Assembly: GCA_047602405.1 (NCBI GenBank)
Contig: JASGHJ010000002.1
Coordinates: 2,976,001 to 3,040,000, forward strand
Length of the DNA stretch: 64,000 nt
Direction: 5' to 3'
DNA from: Anaeromyxobacteraceae bacterium
Lineage (GTDB): Bacteria > Myxococcota > Myxococcia > Myxococcales > Anaeromyxobacteraceae
Below, piece after piece: positions 49,078 through 59,385 of this stretch (position 1 is its first letter; each line of letters starts with the position of its first letter). Under the pieces are notes generated by a model that saw only the letters and a program-made list of their open reading frames with translations, was not told where the DNA came from and did not search any database. The translations under genes were made by a program, and so were the position numbers.

Positions 49078-50667
49078 CTAGAGCCTCCACCCCAGCCCCG
49101 CGCGGACGCCGCGCGTCGCGGCGGCGCCGGCGTCGCGCTCGGTCGGCAGCGCCGTCCACATGAGCTCCCCCATGAACCACCCGAAGAGCGCTCCGGGCAG
49201 CGGGACCTCGAGGCCGGCGGTGAGCCCGGCGGAGAGTCCGAGCGCCCGCCGCAGCGGGAGCGGCCCCACGCCGAAGGTGTCCCGGATTTCCCGCTCCCGG
49301 GCCCGCACCGGCCGCTGCTCGACGCCGGCGACCTCGACCGCGAGCCCGAGGTGCGGCACGACCGGCCACTCGAGCCACCGGTACCCGGCCGCGAGGCCCA
49401 GGCCGAGCCGGCGCTCGTCGACCGTGAGCTCCACGCCCGGGTAGCTCGCCGCGCCGGCGCCGATCGTCGCGAGCGCCCACCACGGCCCCGCCGTGTGCCG
49501 GTAGCCGGCCGCGCCGGCCCACCGGGAGCCCGTGCCTGCGAGCGGCGAGGTCTGCACCGCCCCGAGCACGACGACCGCCGCGTTCCGCACCGAGAGGTAC
49601 CCGCCCTTCACGGCGACCTCCTGGTAGCGGCGCCAGGCGAGCTCCTGGTCGCGGACCTCGCGCTCGCCGCCGAAGGGCAGCTCGAGCTCGAGGAGCCCGG
49701 TGCTCGCGCCCGCGCGCTTGCGCACGAGGTACCGACCGGGCGGGACCGCGAGGCGGAGCGGCTTCCCGGCCGGCTTCTCGACCTCGGCGACGACGTCGGG
49801 CCTGGGCTGGCTCGCGACGACGTAGCGGCCCGAGAGCGCGGCCGGGAAGACGAGGGCGCTGTGCGCCTGGACGGGCTCGGTGAGGACGAGCTCGCCGCTC
49901 CCGGCGAGGTCGAACGCGAACGCCGGGTGCTGCCCGGCGCCGGCCGCGCCCGCGACCGTGCGCCGGTAGGCGTAGGCGTAGACCTCCGAGAGCGAGACCC
50001 GGCCGTCGCCCTCGACGTCGGCGTCGCCGCGCAGGCCGGTCAGGAGGTGGTGGGTGAAGAGCGAGCCCTTGAGCGAGTCCCACTCCTCGCTCGACTCGCC
50101 CGGCCCCGACGACGAGATGAAGACCTCGCCGCGGACCGGCAGCTGCTCGAGCGAGACCGCGAACTCCGGCCCCGGCCGCGCGCCCTTCCGCCGCGCGAGC
50201 GCGCCGGACTCGCACGCGTCCACGACGAGCACGGTGACGCGGGCCCCGGCGTCGCGCGCCGCCTCGCGGAGGTCGGCGAGGGCGAGCCGGCTGCCGCCCA
50301 GCCGGAGCACGCCGTCCTTCGCGTGCGACGAGACGTAGACGAACAGCACGGCGTCGTCGCCCGCCGCGCGGAGCTCCGAGATGCGGCCGGCGAGCTCGCT
50401 CAGGCGCTTTCGCACCTCCCCCGCCTCCCGGTCGAGCACCACGAGCGCCCGGTCCGGCCGGACGCCGCCGAGCTCGACCAGCACCTGCCGGACCCGCTGC
50501 GCGTCGTCGTCGGCGTAGGAGAGGACCGGGTCGTCGGGCTCGCCCACGTTCGCGCCGACCGCGAGCAGGAGCCGGTGCGTCGCCGCGCGGGCCGGGGCCG
50601 CCGCCCCCACGCCGGCGGCGACGAGGAGCGCGGCGAGGAGCGCGCGCGACGGGGAGGAGGAGCTCAC
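49078..50667 (-). CDS. Exported caspase-family (peptidase C14) protein with C-terminal beta-barrel-like domain
   Basis: Signal peptide; LSYADDDA, FVYVSSHA (His), VVDACESG (Cys), SLFTHHLLTGLRGDAD..GDGRVSL; ends RAGLGWRL. Confidence 0.88.
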   Translation of the reverse strand: MSSSSPSRALLAALLVAAGVGAAAPARAATHRLLLAVGANVGEPDDPVLSYADDDAQRVRQVLVELGGVRPDRALVVLDREAGEVRKRLSELAGRISELRAAGDDAVLFVYVSSHAKDGVLRLGGSRLALADLREAARDAGARVTVLVVDACESGALARRKGARPGPEFAVSLEQLPVRGEVFISSSGPGESSEEWDSLKGSLFTHHLLTGLRGDADVEGDGRVSLSEVYAYAYRRTVAGAAGAGQHPAFAFDLAGSGELVLTEPVQAHSALVFPAALSGRYVVASQPRPDVVAEVEKPAGKPLRLAVPPGRYLVRKRAGASTGLLELELPFGGEREVRDQELAWRRYQEVAVKGGYLSVRNAAVVVLGAVQTSPLAGTGSRWAGAAGYRHTAGPWWALATIGAGAASYPGVELTVDERRLGLGLAAGYRWLEWPVVPHLGLAVEVAGVEQRPVRAREREIRDTFGVGPLPLRRALGLSAGLTAGLEVPLPGALFGWFMGELMWTALPTERDAGAAATRGVRAGLGWRL

Positions 50668-51440
50668 GGGGCCTTCCTCAGGCGCAAGGTGGAGACGGTG
50701 CAGCCGTCGCAGGCGAGCACGGGCTCGGGCCGGCGCGCCTGGGCGCGGAGGGCCTCGAGGAGCGGCGCCGCCTCGAAGGGCCTCGTCGAGAAGACCGCGA
50801 AGACGAACTCCGGGCCGGGCGCGTCGTCGAGCACGACGGAGCCGGGCAGGAACTCGCGCTGGCCCGCCTTCTGCGGGGCGGCCGCCCCGGCGCCGTAGGG
50901 GTGGAGCACCGCGGCGGCGCCGCGGCCGTCGAGCTCGAGCACGAGGAGGAAGCCGTCCTGCGGCGCCTCGTAGGAGAAGCGCAGCGCGTCGCCCGCCCGG
51001 ACGACCGCGTCGTTCGCGGCGAGCTCCGGCGCGCCCTGCCCGCCGCGCGCGACCGCGACGCGGAAGCCGTCGCCCTTGAGCGTGACCCCGGGGGACGTGG
51101 CCGGGCCGCCGAGGAGCCGCGGCGCGATCAGGGCGACGAGCGCGAGCGGGAGGGCGAGCCCGAGCGCGGGCACGAGGCGGCGGAGGAGCGGAGGCCGCGC
51201 CGGGGCGGCCGCGGCGCTCGCCTCGCGGCGCTCGAGCTGGCGCAGGAACCGGTCCGCGGGCCGGGCCCGGCGGAAGGCGTCGGCCTCGGCGCGGAGCGCC
51301 TGGAGCTGGGCCGCGCAGGCCTCGCAGCCGGCGGCGTGGGCCTCGACGCCGGGCGGCGCGGCCTCGCCGGCCGAGAGGGCCTCGAGGACGGCGGCCGGCG
51401 GACACGCCGGGCCGCGGACGGAGGGAGGGATCGGGCTCAT
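50664..51440 (-). CDS. Zinc-binding anti-sigma factor with TM helix and DUF4384-like periplasmic domain
   Basis: HAAGCEAC (HxxxCxxC); TM; TLKG; GDALRFSY, LPGSVVLDDAPGPE. Confidence 0.85.
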   Translation of the reverse strand: MSPIPPSVRGPACPPAAVLEALSAGEAAPPGVEAHAAGCEACAAQLQALRAEADAFRRARPADRFLRQLERREASAAAAPARPPLLRRLVPALGLALPLALVALIAPRLLGGPATSPGVTLKGDGFRVAVARGGQGAPELAANDAVVRAGDALRFSYEAPQDGFLLVLELDGRGAAAVLHPYGAGAAAPQKAGQREFLPGSVVLDDAPGPEFVFAVFSTRPFEAAPLLEALRAQARRPEPVLACDGCTVSTLRLRKAP

Positions 51441-51943
51441 GGCGTCATGCGCTCCATACCCTGCGACCACAGCTCCCGCACCCGCTCCTCGAAGCGCTGC
51501 AGCTTCTTGCCGATGGTCTTGCGCGAGTAGCCGGTGCGCTCGGCCACCTCCTCCTGCGTGTAGCCGTCGAGGTGGTGGAGCACGCCGATCTCCCGGGTGA
51601 CGGGGTCGAGGTCGCGCAGGGCGGCGCCCACGAGCGCGCGGCGGTCGGCGTCGGCGGGGTCGCCGGCGCCGCGCCGCTCGGCGGCCTCGAGGTCGTCCTC
51701 GCCGGCGACGGGCTCCTTGCCCCGGCGCTGGAGGAGGTCGAAGGAGACGTTCCGGGCGATGGTGTAGAGCCAGGAGAGCGTGGAGCCGTCGGTGGACGGG
51801 CTCGCGCCGAGCCGCTTGACCCTGAGGAAGGTCTCCTGCAGCGCGTCCTCGGCGTCGGCGGCGTTGCGCAGGAGCGCGAGGCACCGCCGGTGCACGAGGT
51901 AGCCGTACTGCTGGTAGAGCTGGGCGAACTTGTCGTCGTCCAT
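51437..51943 (-). CDS. ECF sigma factor
   Basis: DAEDALQETFL, SWLYTIARN, LDGYTQEEVAERTGYSRKTI; ATGA overlap with anti-sigma. Confidence 0.93.
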   Translation of the reverse strand: MDDDKFAQLYQQYGYLVHRRCLALLRNAADAEDALQETFLRVKRLGASPSTDGSTLSWLYTIARNVSFDLLQRRGKEPVAGEDDLEAAERRGAGDPADADRRALVGAALRDLDPVTREIGVLHHLDGYTQEEVAERTGYSRKTIGKKLQRFEERVRELWSQGMERMTP

Positions 51944-51971
51944 GTCCGCACGGTGGCTCCTCCGATCGTCT

Positions 51972-52000
51972 GGACCGGAGGACGGCCTCTTCCTGGGAAC
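51972..52000 (-). promoter_or_regulatory. Putative ECF autoregulatory promoter GTTCCCA-N16-CGGTCC
   Basis: Upstream of the sigma gene RBS (GGAGGA); same motif on + strand at 52067. Confidence 0.7.
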
Positions 52001-52066
52001 CCCTTTCCAGGAGCGCCCCACCTGTAGCGTTCAATCGCTCCGGTCGGGTAGAGCCCGAACAGGCCT

Positions 52067-52095
52067 GTTCCCACGATTTCGAGCCGGCCCGGTCT
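52067..52095 (+). promoter_or_regulatory. Putative ECF target promoter GTTCCCA-N16-CGGTCT
   Basis: Ends 7 nt before ATG 52103; matches 51972-52000. Confidence 0.7.
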
Positions 52096-52102
52096 GCCGG
52101 GC

Positions 52103-53867
52103 ATGACCCACCACACCACCCACCGGCTGCTCCCGCTGCTCTCGCTGGGCCTCGCGCTCGCCGCCTGCGGCGGCCGTGACCCGGCCCCCACCCCCCTCCC
52201 GGTCGAGCCCGTCGAGCGCGTCGTCGACGTGCAGATCGACCCCTCCGAGGTCACCCTCGAGGTGGGCGAGACCGTCACGCTCGCGGCGCTCGTCACCACG
52301 GAGAGCGTCGAGCCTGCCCTCGGCGCCCGCGCGCTCGCGGCGGCGAACGATCCCGAGGTGACCTGGGCCTCCTTCTCCTCCCACGTCGCCGCCGTCGCCG
52401 CCGACGGGACCGTCACCGCGGTCGCGCCGGGCTCGTCGCTCGTGACCGCGACCGCGGGTGGCATCACGGCGCAGGCCACCGTGACCGTGCGCGACCCGGT
52501 GGTCGCTCCGCCGCCCATCGCCAGCGTCGAGGTCTTCCCGGCGACCTTCTGGCTCGAGGTGGGCCAGACGCGCGCGCTCCAGGCGGTCGCCTTCGACGCC
52601 AGCGGGGGCGTGGTCTCCGGCGCCGAGCTCACCTGGTCGTCCCTCGACCCCTACGTCGCGATCGTGGGCGAGGACGGCGTCGTCACCGCGCTCTCCGCCG
52701 GCCAGGCGACCCTGGAGGTCTCCGCGGGCGACGTGACCGCGACCGCGGAGGTGACCGTCACGAACGTCACGGACCCGGGCCCCGGCACGGTCGCCCGCGT
52801 GGAGCTCTCCGAGACCGTGCTCGCGCTCGCCGAGGGCGACGTGCGGGTCCTCACCGCGACCCCGGTCGACGCCGTGGGCGCGCCCGTGACCGGCCTCGCC
52901 GTCCGCTGGCAGACCTCCGACGAGGGCACCGTGTACGTCACCCCCGGCGGCGAGGTGCGCGCCGTCCGCGCCGGCGCGGCCGCCGTGACCGCGACCGTGC
53001 ACGGCAAGGTCGCGACCGCGAACGTCACCGTGACGCTGGAGCTCGACTCGGACCTCTTCTTCGAGGCGTTCTCGGCGGCGGCGGGCAAGTACGAGTGGCG
53101 GTCCCGCGACGTGCGCGACGCCGCGGCGTCCGACGTCGTCGTCATGGCCGGCGGCGCCGTCGAGGGGCGGCCCGTACCCTCCCCGGCCGGCGACCGGATC
53201 GCGTTCACCATGAACTCCGGCCTCAACCCGGCGCACCAGCTCCGCGTGGTCGACCTCCGCCGCCAGACGATTCTGGGTCCTCGACCTCCCTGGCGACGTC
53301 CTCGACGCCGCGTGGTCCTGGGACGGCGCGCACCTCGCGTTCGCGCTCCGGACGCCGGGGACCGGGCTCGACGTCTGGACCGTCCGCGCGGACGGCTCGG
53401 ACGCCCGGAACCTGACCGCCTCGCTCGGCGCGGCCTCGAACGAGACCCAGCCGACCTGGGCGCCCGCGGCGATGGGCAAGCTCGCCTTCACCCGCACGCT
53501 CGACGGCGCCTCCAGCCTCTGGACCGTCGACGCCGACGGCGCGAACCCCACCCGGCTCACGAACGGCCTCGCCGACGCCGATCCGGCCTGGTCGCCCGAC
53601 GGCAGCTCGATCGCCTTCCAGCGCTCCTCGATCGCGATCTTCGGCGACCTGTTCTTCGTGTCGCCCACCGGCGCCATCCAGCGCAGCCTGGTCGGCCGCA
53701 TCGGCATCCAGGGCCGCCCGGCGTGGTCGCCCGACGGCGCGATGGTCGCGTTCGTCGACGACCACGACCTCGCGACGGTCCGCAAGGACGGTTCGCTCGT
53801 CGCGAGGCGCACCTTCGACGCCGAGGCCACCGCGGAGACGCGGCCGGGGTGGCTGAAGAAGCGGTAG
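52103..53867 (+). CDS. Lipoprotein with three Ig-like (Big_2) repeats and a TolB/PD40 propeller; +1 frameshift at 53271-53272
   Basis: LALAAC; VTWAS..VAAV..DGTVTAV x3; corrected frame QTIWVLDLPGDVLDAAWSWDG...PAWSPDG joins the 53472-53867 ORF. Confidence 0.85.
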
Positions 53868-53888
53868 GCAGCCATTCCTGGGAGTGAA

Positions 53889-53927
53889 CCCTGGAGGGCC
53901 ACCGCGTGGCTGGCCCTCCAGGGGCGT
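53889..53927. terminator. Inverted repeat after the Ig/TolB gene
   Basis: CCCTGGAGGGCCA-ccgcgtggc-TGGCCCTCCAGGG followed by GCGTTTC. Confidence 0.65.
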
Positions 53928-54015
53928 TTCGAGGGTCGCAGGACGATCTGCCGCGCATCACGGCCCGCGGGGCTGCGCCTCTCATGTACGGGCGGAGAGA
54001 ACGGAGGAGGTCCCG

Positions 54016-54432
54016 ATGGCCATCCAGGCGAAGCGGGTCGTGGGCGGCGGGCTCGTCGCCGGGCTCGTGATCTGCGCGAGCGCGGCGCTCATGGTGCCGG
54101 TGGTCGGCGACGAGATGGCGGCCGCGCAGGCCGCGCGCGGCGTGCCGCCGATGGGGCCGGGGGCGATGGCATTCTTCTTCGTCTTCTCGCTCTCGCTCGG
54201 CGTGCTCGTGGTCTGGCTCTACGCGGCGCTCCTGCCGCGGTTCGGCCCCGGGCCGCGCACCGCGCTCCTCGTGGCCATGATCCTCTGGTTCCTCACGAGC
54301 TTCTCGTCGAGCGCCGCGAACGTCGCCTACGGCTTCATGCCGCTCGGCCTCACGGTCGTCGGGATGACCTGGGGGCTCGCCGAGCTCGTCCTGGCCGCGC
54401 TCGTGGGCACGAGGCTGTACCGGGAGGCGTGA
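54016..54432 (+). CDS. Four-TM hypothetical membrane protein
   Basis: GGAGGAGG RBS; WLYAALLPRFGPGPRTAL; GTRLYRE. Confidence 0.8.
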   Translation: MAIQAKRVVGGGLVAGLVICASAALMVPVVGDEMAAAQAARGVPPMGPGAMAFFFVFSLSLGVLVVWLYAALLPRFGPGPRTALLVAMILWFLTSFSSSAANVAYGFMPLGLTVVGMTWGLAELVLAALVGTRLYREA

Positions 54433-54437
54433 GACAC

Positions 54438-54471
54438 GAAGGCCCCGGTCGCTCGCGCGGCCGGGGCCTTC
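54438..54471. terminator. Bidirectional hairpin between convergent genes
   Basis: GAAGGCCCCGG...CCGGGGCCTTC. Confidence 0.7.
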
Positions 54472-54497
54472 TCACCTCTGGAGCAGGTGCGCCGGAC

Positions 54498-55622
<1,125 letters not shown>

Positions 55623-55720
55623 GCTGACCTTCCCTTCTGAGCGATGAGGTGCGTGGGACTGCATCGTGCTGATTCGACTGTGCCGCTTGCAGGCGGTGCT
55701 GCGGTTGACGCGGCCCGTGT

Positions 55721-56641
55721 TCACCCGCCGGGGAAGAACGGCTTCCCCAGCGAGGCGGGCATGTTGAGCCGGATCCAGAGCGGGTTCCGGGAGATGAGGA
55801 CGAGGACCACCACCGTCGAGAGGTACGGGAGCATCGCGAGGAACTGGTTCGGCACCTGGACGCCCTGCGTCTGGAGCGCGAACTGCAGCATCGTGACGCC
55901 GCCGAAGAGGTACGCGCCGAGCAGCACGCGCGCCGGCCGCCAGGTGGAGAAGACCGTGAGCGAGAGCGCGATCCACCCGCGCCCGCCCACCATGCCCTCG
56001 CTCCAGAGCGGCGTGTAGACCGTGGAGATGTACGCGCCGGCGAGGCCACAGAGCGCGCCGCCCACCACCACCGCCCCGAGCCGGATCCAGCGCACCGGGT
56101 AGCCGAGCGCGTGCGCGGAGGATGGCGACTCGCCGACCGAGCGCAGCACGAGCCCGGCGCGGGTCCGGTAGAAGAACCACGCCGTCGCGCCGACCATCGC
56201 GATGGTCAGGTAGACCATCCAGTGCTGGCGGAAGAAGGCCTCGCCGACCCAGGGGAGGTCGCGCAGCCCCGGCACGCCGACGATCTCGGTCTCCACGATC
56301 TTCTTCCCGACGTAGTCGAGGCCGACGAAGGCGGAGAAGCCGTTGCCGAAGAGGCTCATGGCGAGGCCGGTCGCGTACTGGTTCGTGTTGAGCCAGATGA
56401 CGAGCCAGCCGAACGCCGCCGCGGCCACCGCGCCCGCGAGGACGCCCGCGCCGAGCGCCATGCCCGTGCTCGCGGTGTGGAACGCGACCGCGAAGCCGGT
56501 GACGGCGCTGATGAGGAGCATGCCCTGCGCGCCGAGGTTGAGGATCCCGGCGCGCTCGTTGATGACCAGGCCGAGCCCGGCGATGGCGAGCGGGGTGCCG
56601 GCCGAGAGCGTGGTCGCGACGAGGCTCGCGAGCTGGTTCAC
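55721..56641 (-). CDS. Nucleoside ABC transporter permease
   Basis: NERAGILNLG, GLVLRSVGE, GRGWIAL, MLPY. Confidence 0.92.
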   Translation of the reverse strand: MNQLASLVATTLSAGTPLAIAGLGLVINERAGILNLGAQGMLLISAVTGFAVAFHTASTGMALGAGVLAGAVAAAAFGWLVIWLNTNQYATGLAMSLFGNGFSAFVGLDYVGKKIVETEIVGVPGLRDLPWVGEAFFRQHWMVYLTIAMVGATAWFFYRTRAGLVLRSVGESPSSAHALGYPVRWIRLGAVVVGGALCGLAGAYISTVYTPLWSEGMVGGRGWIALSLTVFSTWRPARVLLGAYLFGGVTMLQFALQTQGVQVPNQFLAMLPYLSTVVVLVLISRNPLWIRLNMPASLGKPFFPGG

Positions 56642-57753
56642 GGCGCGGCCCCCTCCGCCCGGGCGGGCCGCGGCGCCGCCCGGACCGGCCGGTCGAGCAC
56701 GATCCGGTAGTGGATGAGCGTGTCGAAGGCGAGCAGCGACACGAGGAGGACGCCCTGGAACACGCCGCTCACCGCCGAGGGCAGGCCGACGCGCGACTGG
56801 GCGAGCTCGCCGCCGCGCATGAAGGCGGAGAGGAGCACGCTGCCCAGGATGGCGCCCAGCGGGTGGAGGCGGCCCACGAACGCGACGATGATCGCGGTGA
56901 AGCCGTAGCCGGAGGCGACGTGGGGCGTGAGCTGGTTCATCGGCCCCGCGACCTCGAAGCCGCCCGCGACGCCGGCGAGGCCACCCGAGACGAGGAGCGT
57001 GGTCCAGACCGCGCCGCGGGCCGAGAAGCCCGCGTAGCGCGCGGCCGCCGGGGCCGGGCCGCCGACCTGCAGCTGGATGCCGCGGTAGGTCCGGTAGAGG
57101 AAAATCCACATCGCGACCGCCGCGACGAGCGCGACCGCGAAGCCCCAGTGGAGCCTCAGGCCCGGCACCACCCGCGGCAGCTCGGTGCCCGACGCGAAGC
57201 TCATGGTCTGGGGGAAGTTGAACCCCATCGGATCCTTCCACGGCCCGAAGACGAGCCAGGAGAGGAAGAGGTCCGCCACGTAGACGAGCATCAGGCTGAC
57301 GAGGATCTCGTTCGTGTGGAAGCGGTCGCGCAGGAACGCGACGATCGCCGCCCACGCCGCGCCGCCGGCCGCGCCGGAGAGGATGACGAGCGGGAAGAAG
57401 GCCCAGCGCCCGACCGGGATCTCCGCGGTGGTCACCCAGAGCGACAGGCCGCCCGTCGCGATGGCGCCCATGAGGTACTGCCCCTCGGCGCCGATGTTCC
57501 AGACGTTCGCGCGGAAGCAGAGCGCGAGGCCGATGGCGGTGAGGACGAGCGGCGTGCACTTGAGCGCCAGCTCCGCGAGCTCGCGCCGGCCGTGGAACGG
57601 CTCGACGAGGAACATCGAGAGCGCGCGGACGGGGTCCTTGCCGAGCGCGGCGAAGAGCACGCCGCCGACCAGGATGGTGAAGAGGATGGCGACCGCCGGC
57701 GAGAGCACGCTCCACTTGCCGGAGGGGAGCTGGCGGGCCTCGAGGCGGATCAC
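56638..57753 (-). CDS. Nucleoside ABC transporter permease
   Basis: WNIGAEGQ, NEILVSLML, GYGFTAIIVAFVGRLHP. Confidence 0.92.
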   Translation of the reverse strand: MIRLEARQLPSGKWSVLSPAVAILFTILVGGVLFAALGKDPVRALSMFLVEPFHGRRELAELALKCTPLVLTAIGLALCFRANVWNIGAEGQYLMGAIATGGLSLWVTTAEIPVGRWAFFPLVILSGAAGGAAWAAIVAFLRDRFHTNEILVSLMLVYVADLFLSWLVFGPWKDPMGFNFPQTMSFASGTELPRVVPGLRLHWGFAVALVAAVAMWIFLYRTYRGIQLQVGGPAPAAARYAGFSARGAVWTTLLVSGGLAGVAGGFEVAGPMNQLTPHVASGYGFTAIIVAFVGRLHPLGAILGSVLLSAFMRGGELAQSRVGLPSAVSGVFQGVLLVSLLAFDTLIHYRIVLDRPVRAAPRPARAEGAAP

Positions 57754-59306
57754 GGGGTCACCTGCTCGCCGCCGGGCGGCGGGGGCTGGACCGGCTGGGA
57801 GCCCGGGCCGCCGGGCCACAGGCCGCTCATCCACTCGCCCACCTGCTCGACCGTGGCCTGCTCGGCCGGGATGGAGGGCGAGAGCCGCCCCTTCGCGATC
57901 ACGTAGAGCCGGTCGGCGATGGCGAAGAGCTCCTCGAGCTCCTCCGAGACGAGCAGCACCGCGCAGCCCGCGTCGCGCAGCGCGAGGAGCTCGGCGCGGA
58001 TCTGGGCGGCGGCGCCGACGTCGACGCCCCAGGTCGGCTGCGCGACCATGAGCAGCTTCGGCACCGCGTCGAGCTCCCGGCCGACGATGTACTTCTGCAG
58101 GTTGCCGCCGGAGAGGCTGCGCGCGACCGCGCCCGGGCCGGAGGCCTTCACCCAGTAGCGCCGGATGACGCCGGTCGCCTGCTCGCGCAGGGCGCGCCGG
58201 TCGATCCAGCCGAGGGCGCGCAGCGCCTCGTTGCGGGTGAGGAGCAGGTTGTGGGCGAGCGAGAGCGAGGGCACCGCGCCGCGCCCGAGCCGCTCCTCCG
58301 GCACGAAGTTCATGCCGAGCTTGCGCCGCTGGGCCGCGCCGAGCCGGCCGATGGCCTTGCCGAAGAGCCGGACCGCGCCCTCCTCGGCGCGCGGGTCCTC
58401 GCCGGACAGCGCCGCGAGGAGCTCCTGCTGGCCGTTGCCCGACACGCCCGCGATGCCGGCGATCTCGCCCTGGCGGACCTCGAGGGAGATGCCCTCGAGC
58501 GGCACCGCGAAGCGGTCGAAGCGCGCGAGGTGGAGATCCCGCACCTCGAGCGCGACGTCCCCGAGCTTCGCGGGCTTCTTCTCGATGCGCGGCGGCTCCG
58601 CGCCGATCATCAGCCGGGAGAGGCTGGCGGTCGTCTCCTGCGAGGGGTCGCAGGTCGCGACGACCTTCCCGCCGCGCAGCACGGTGCAGCGGTGGCACAG
58701 CGCGCGGATCTCGTCGAGCTTGTGGCTGATGTAGAGGATCGAGACGCCGCCCGCGGCGAGCTTGCGGAGCGTGACGAAGAGCTTCTCGACGGCCTGCGGG
58801 GTGAGCACCGAGGTCGGCTCGTCGAGGATGAGGAGCCTCGGGTCGGCGAGCAGCGCCCGCACGATCTCCACCCGCTGCCGCTCGCCCACCGAGAGCACGT
58901 GCACCGGCTTCGCGGGGTCGAGGTCGAGGCCGTACTGCGCGGCCTTCTCCTCGATGCCCCGGACCACCGCCTCGAGCGGCACCTTGCGCGAGAGCCCGAG
59001 CCAGACGTTCTCGGCGACGGTGAGCGTGTCGAAGAGCGAGAAGTGCTGGAACACCATCGCGATGCCGAGCGCGCGCGCCTCGTGCGGGCTCTTGATCTGG
59101 ACGGGCCGGCCCTCCCAGCGGATCTCCCCGGCGTCGGGGTGGACCGCGCCGTAGACGATCTTCATCAGCGTCGACTTGCCCGCCCCGTTCTCGCCGAGGA
59201 TGGCCTGGATCTCGCCCGGTGCGACGGTGAGCGACACCTCGTCGTTCGCGGCGAGGTCGCCGTAACGCTTCGTGACGCCCAGGAGCTCGAGGCGGGGAGC
59301 CGACAT
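57750..59306 (-). CDS. Nucleoside ABC transporter ATPase (two ABC domains)
   Basis: GENGAGKST, QRVEI, LDEPT, SHKL, LSGGNLQK, QPTWGVD. Confidence 0.95.
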   Translation of the reverse strand: MSAPRLELLGVTKRYGDLAANDEVSLTVAPGEIQAILGENGAGKSTLMKIVYGAVHPDAGEIRWEGRPVQIKSPHEARALGIAMVFQHFSLFDTLTVAENVWLGLSRKVPLEAVVRGIEEKAAQYGLDLDPAKPVHVLSVGERQRVEIVRALLADPRLLILDEPTSVLTPQAVEKLFVTLRKLAAGGVSILYISHKLDEIRALCHRCTVLRGGKVVATCDPSQETTASLSRLMIGAEPPRIEKKPAKLGDVALEVRDLHLARFDRFAVPLEGISLEVRQGEIAGIAGVSGNGQQELLAALSGEDPRAEEGAVRLFGKAIGRLGAAQRRKLGMNFVPEERLGRGAVPSLSLAHNLLLTRNEALRALGWIDRRALREQATGVIRRYWVKASGPGAVARSLSGGNLQKYIVGRELDAVPKLLMVAQPTWGVDVGAAAQIRAELLALRDAGCAVLLVSEELEELFAIADRLYVIAKGRLSPSIPAEQATVEQVGEWMSGLWPGGPGSQPVQPPPPGGEQVTP

Positions 59307-59335
59307 CGGTGAGGGGAACCTTCTACACGACTGCT

Positions 59336-59385
59336 GTGCCGTGCTGCGCGACTTCGTGCCGTGCTGCGCTACTTCGTGCCGTGCT
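59336..59385. repeat. 20-bp tandem repeat duplicating the 3' end of gpt
   Basis: GTGCCGTGCTGCGCNACTTC x2 plus a half copy. Confidence 0.8.

Noticed and set aside
49078..50667. Caspase as an anti-phage abortive-infection effector
   Set aside because: It has a signal peptide and barrel-like tail and sits in an ECF operon; no gasdermin, NLR/STAND, TIR or CBASS genes nearby.
52103..53867. True pseudogenes or programmed frameshifting at 38012, 47288 and 53271
   Set aside because: No slippery heptamers and no other decay; the shared GATC context points to sequencing error.
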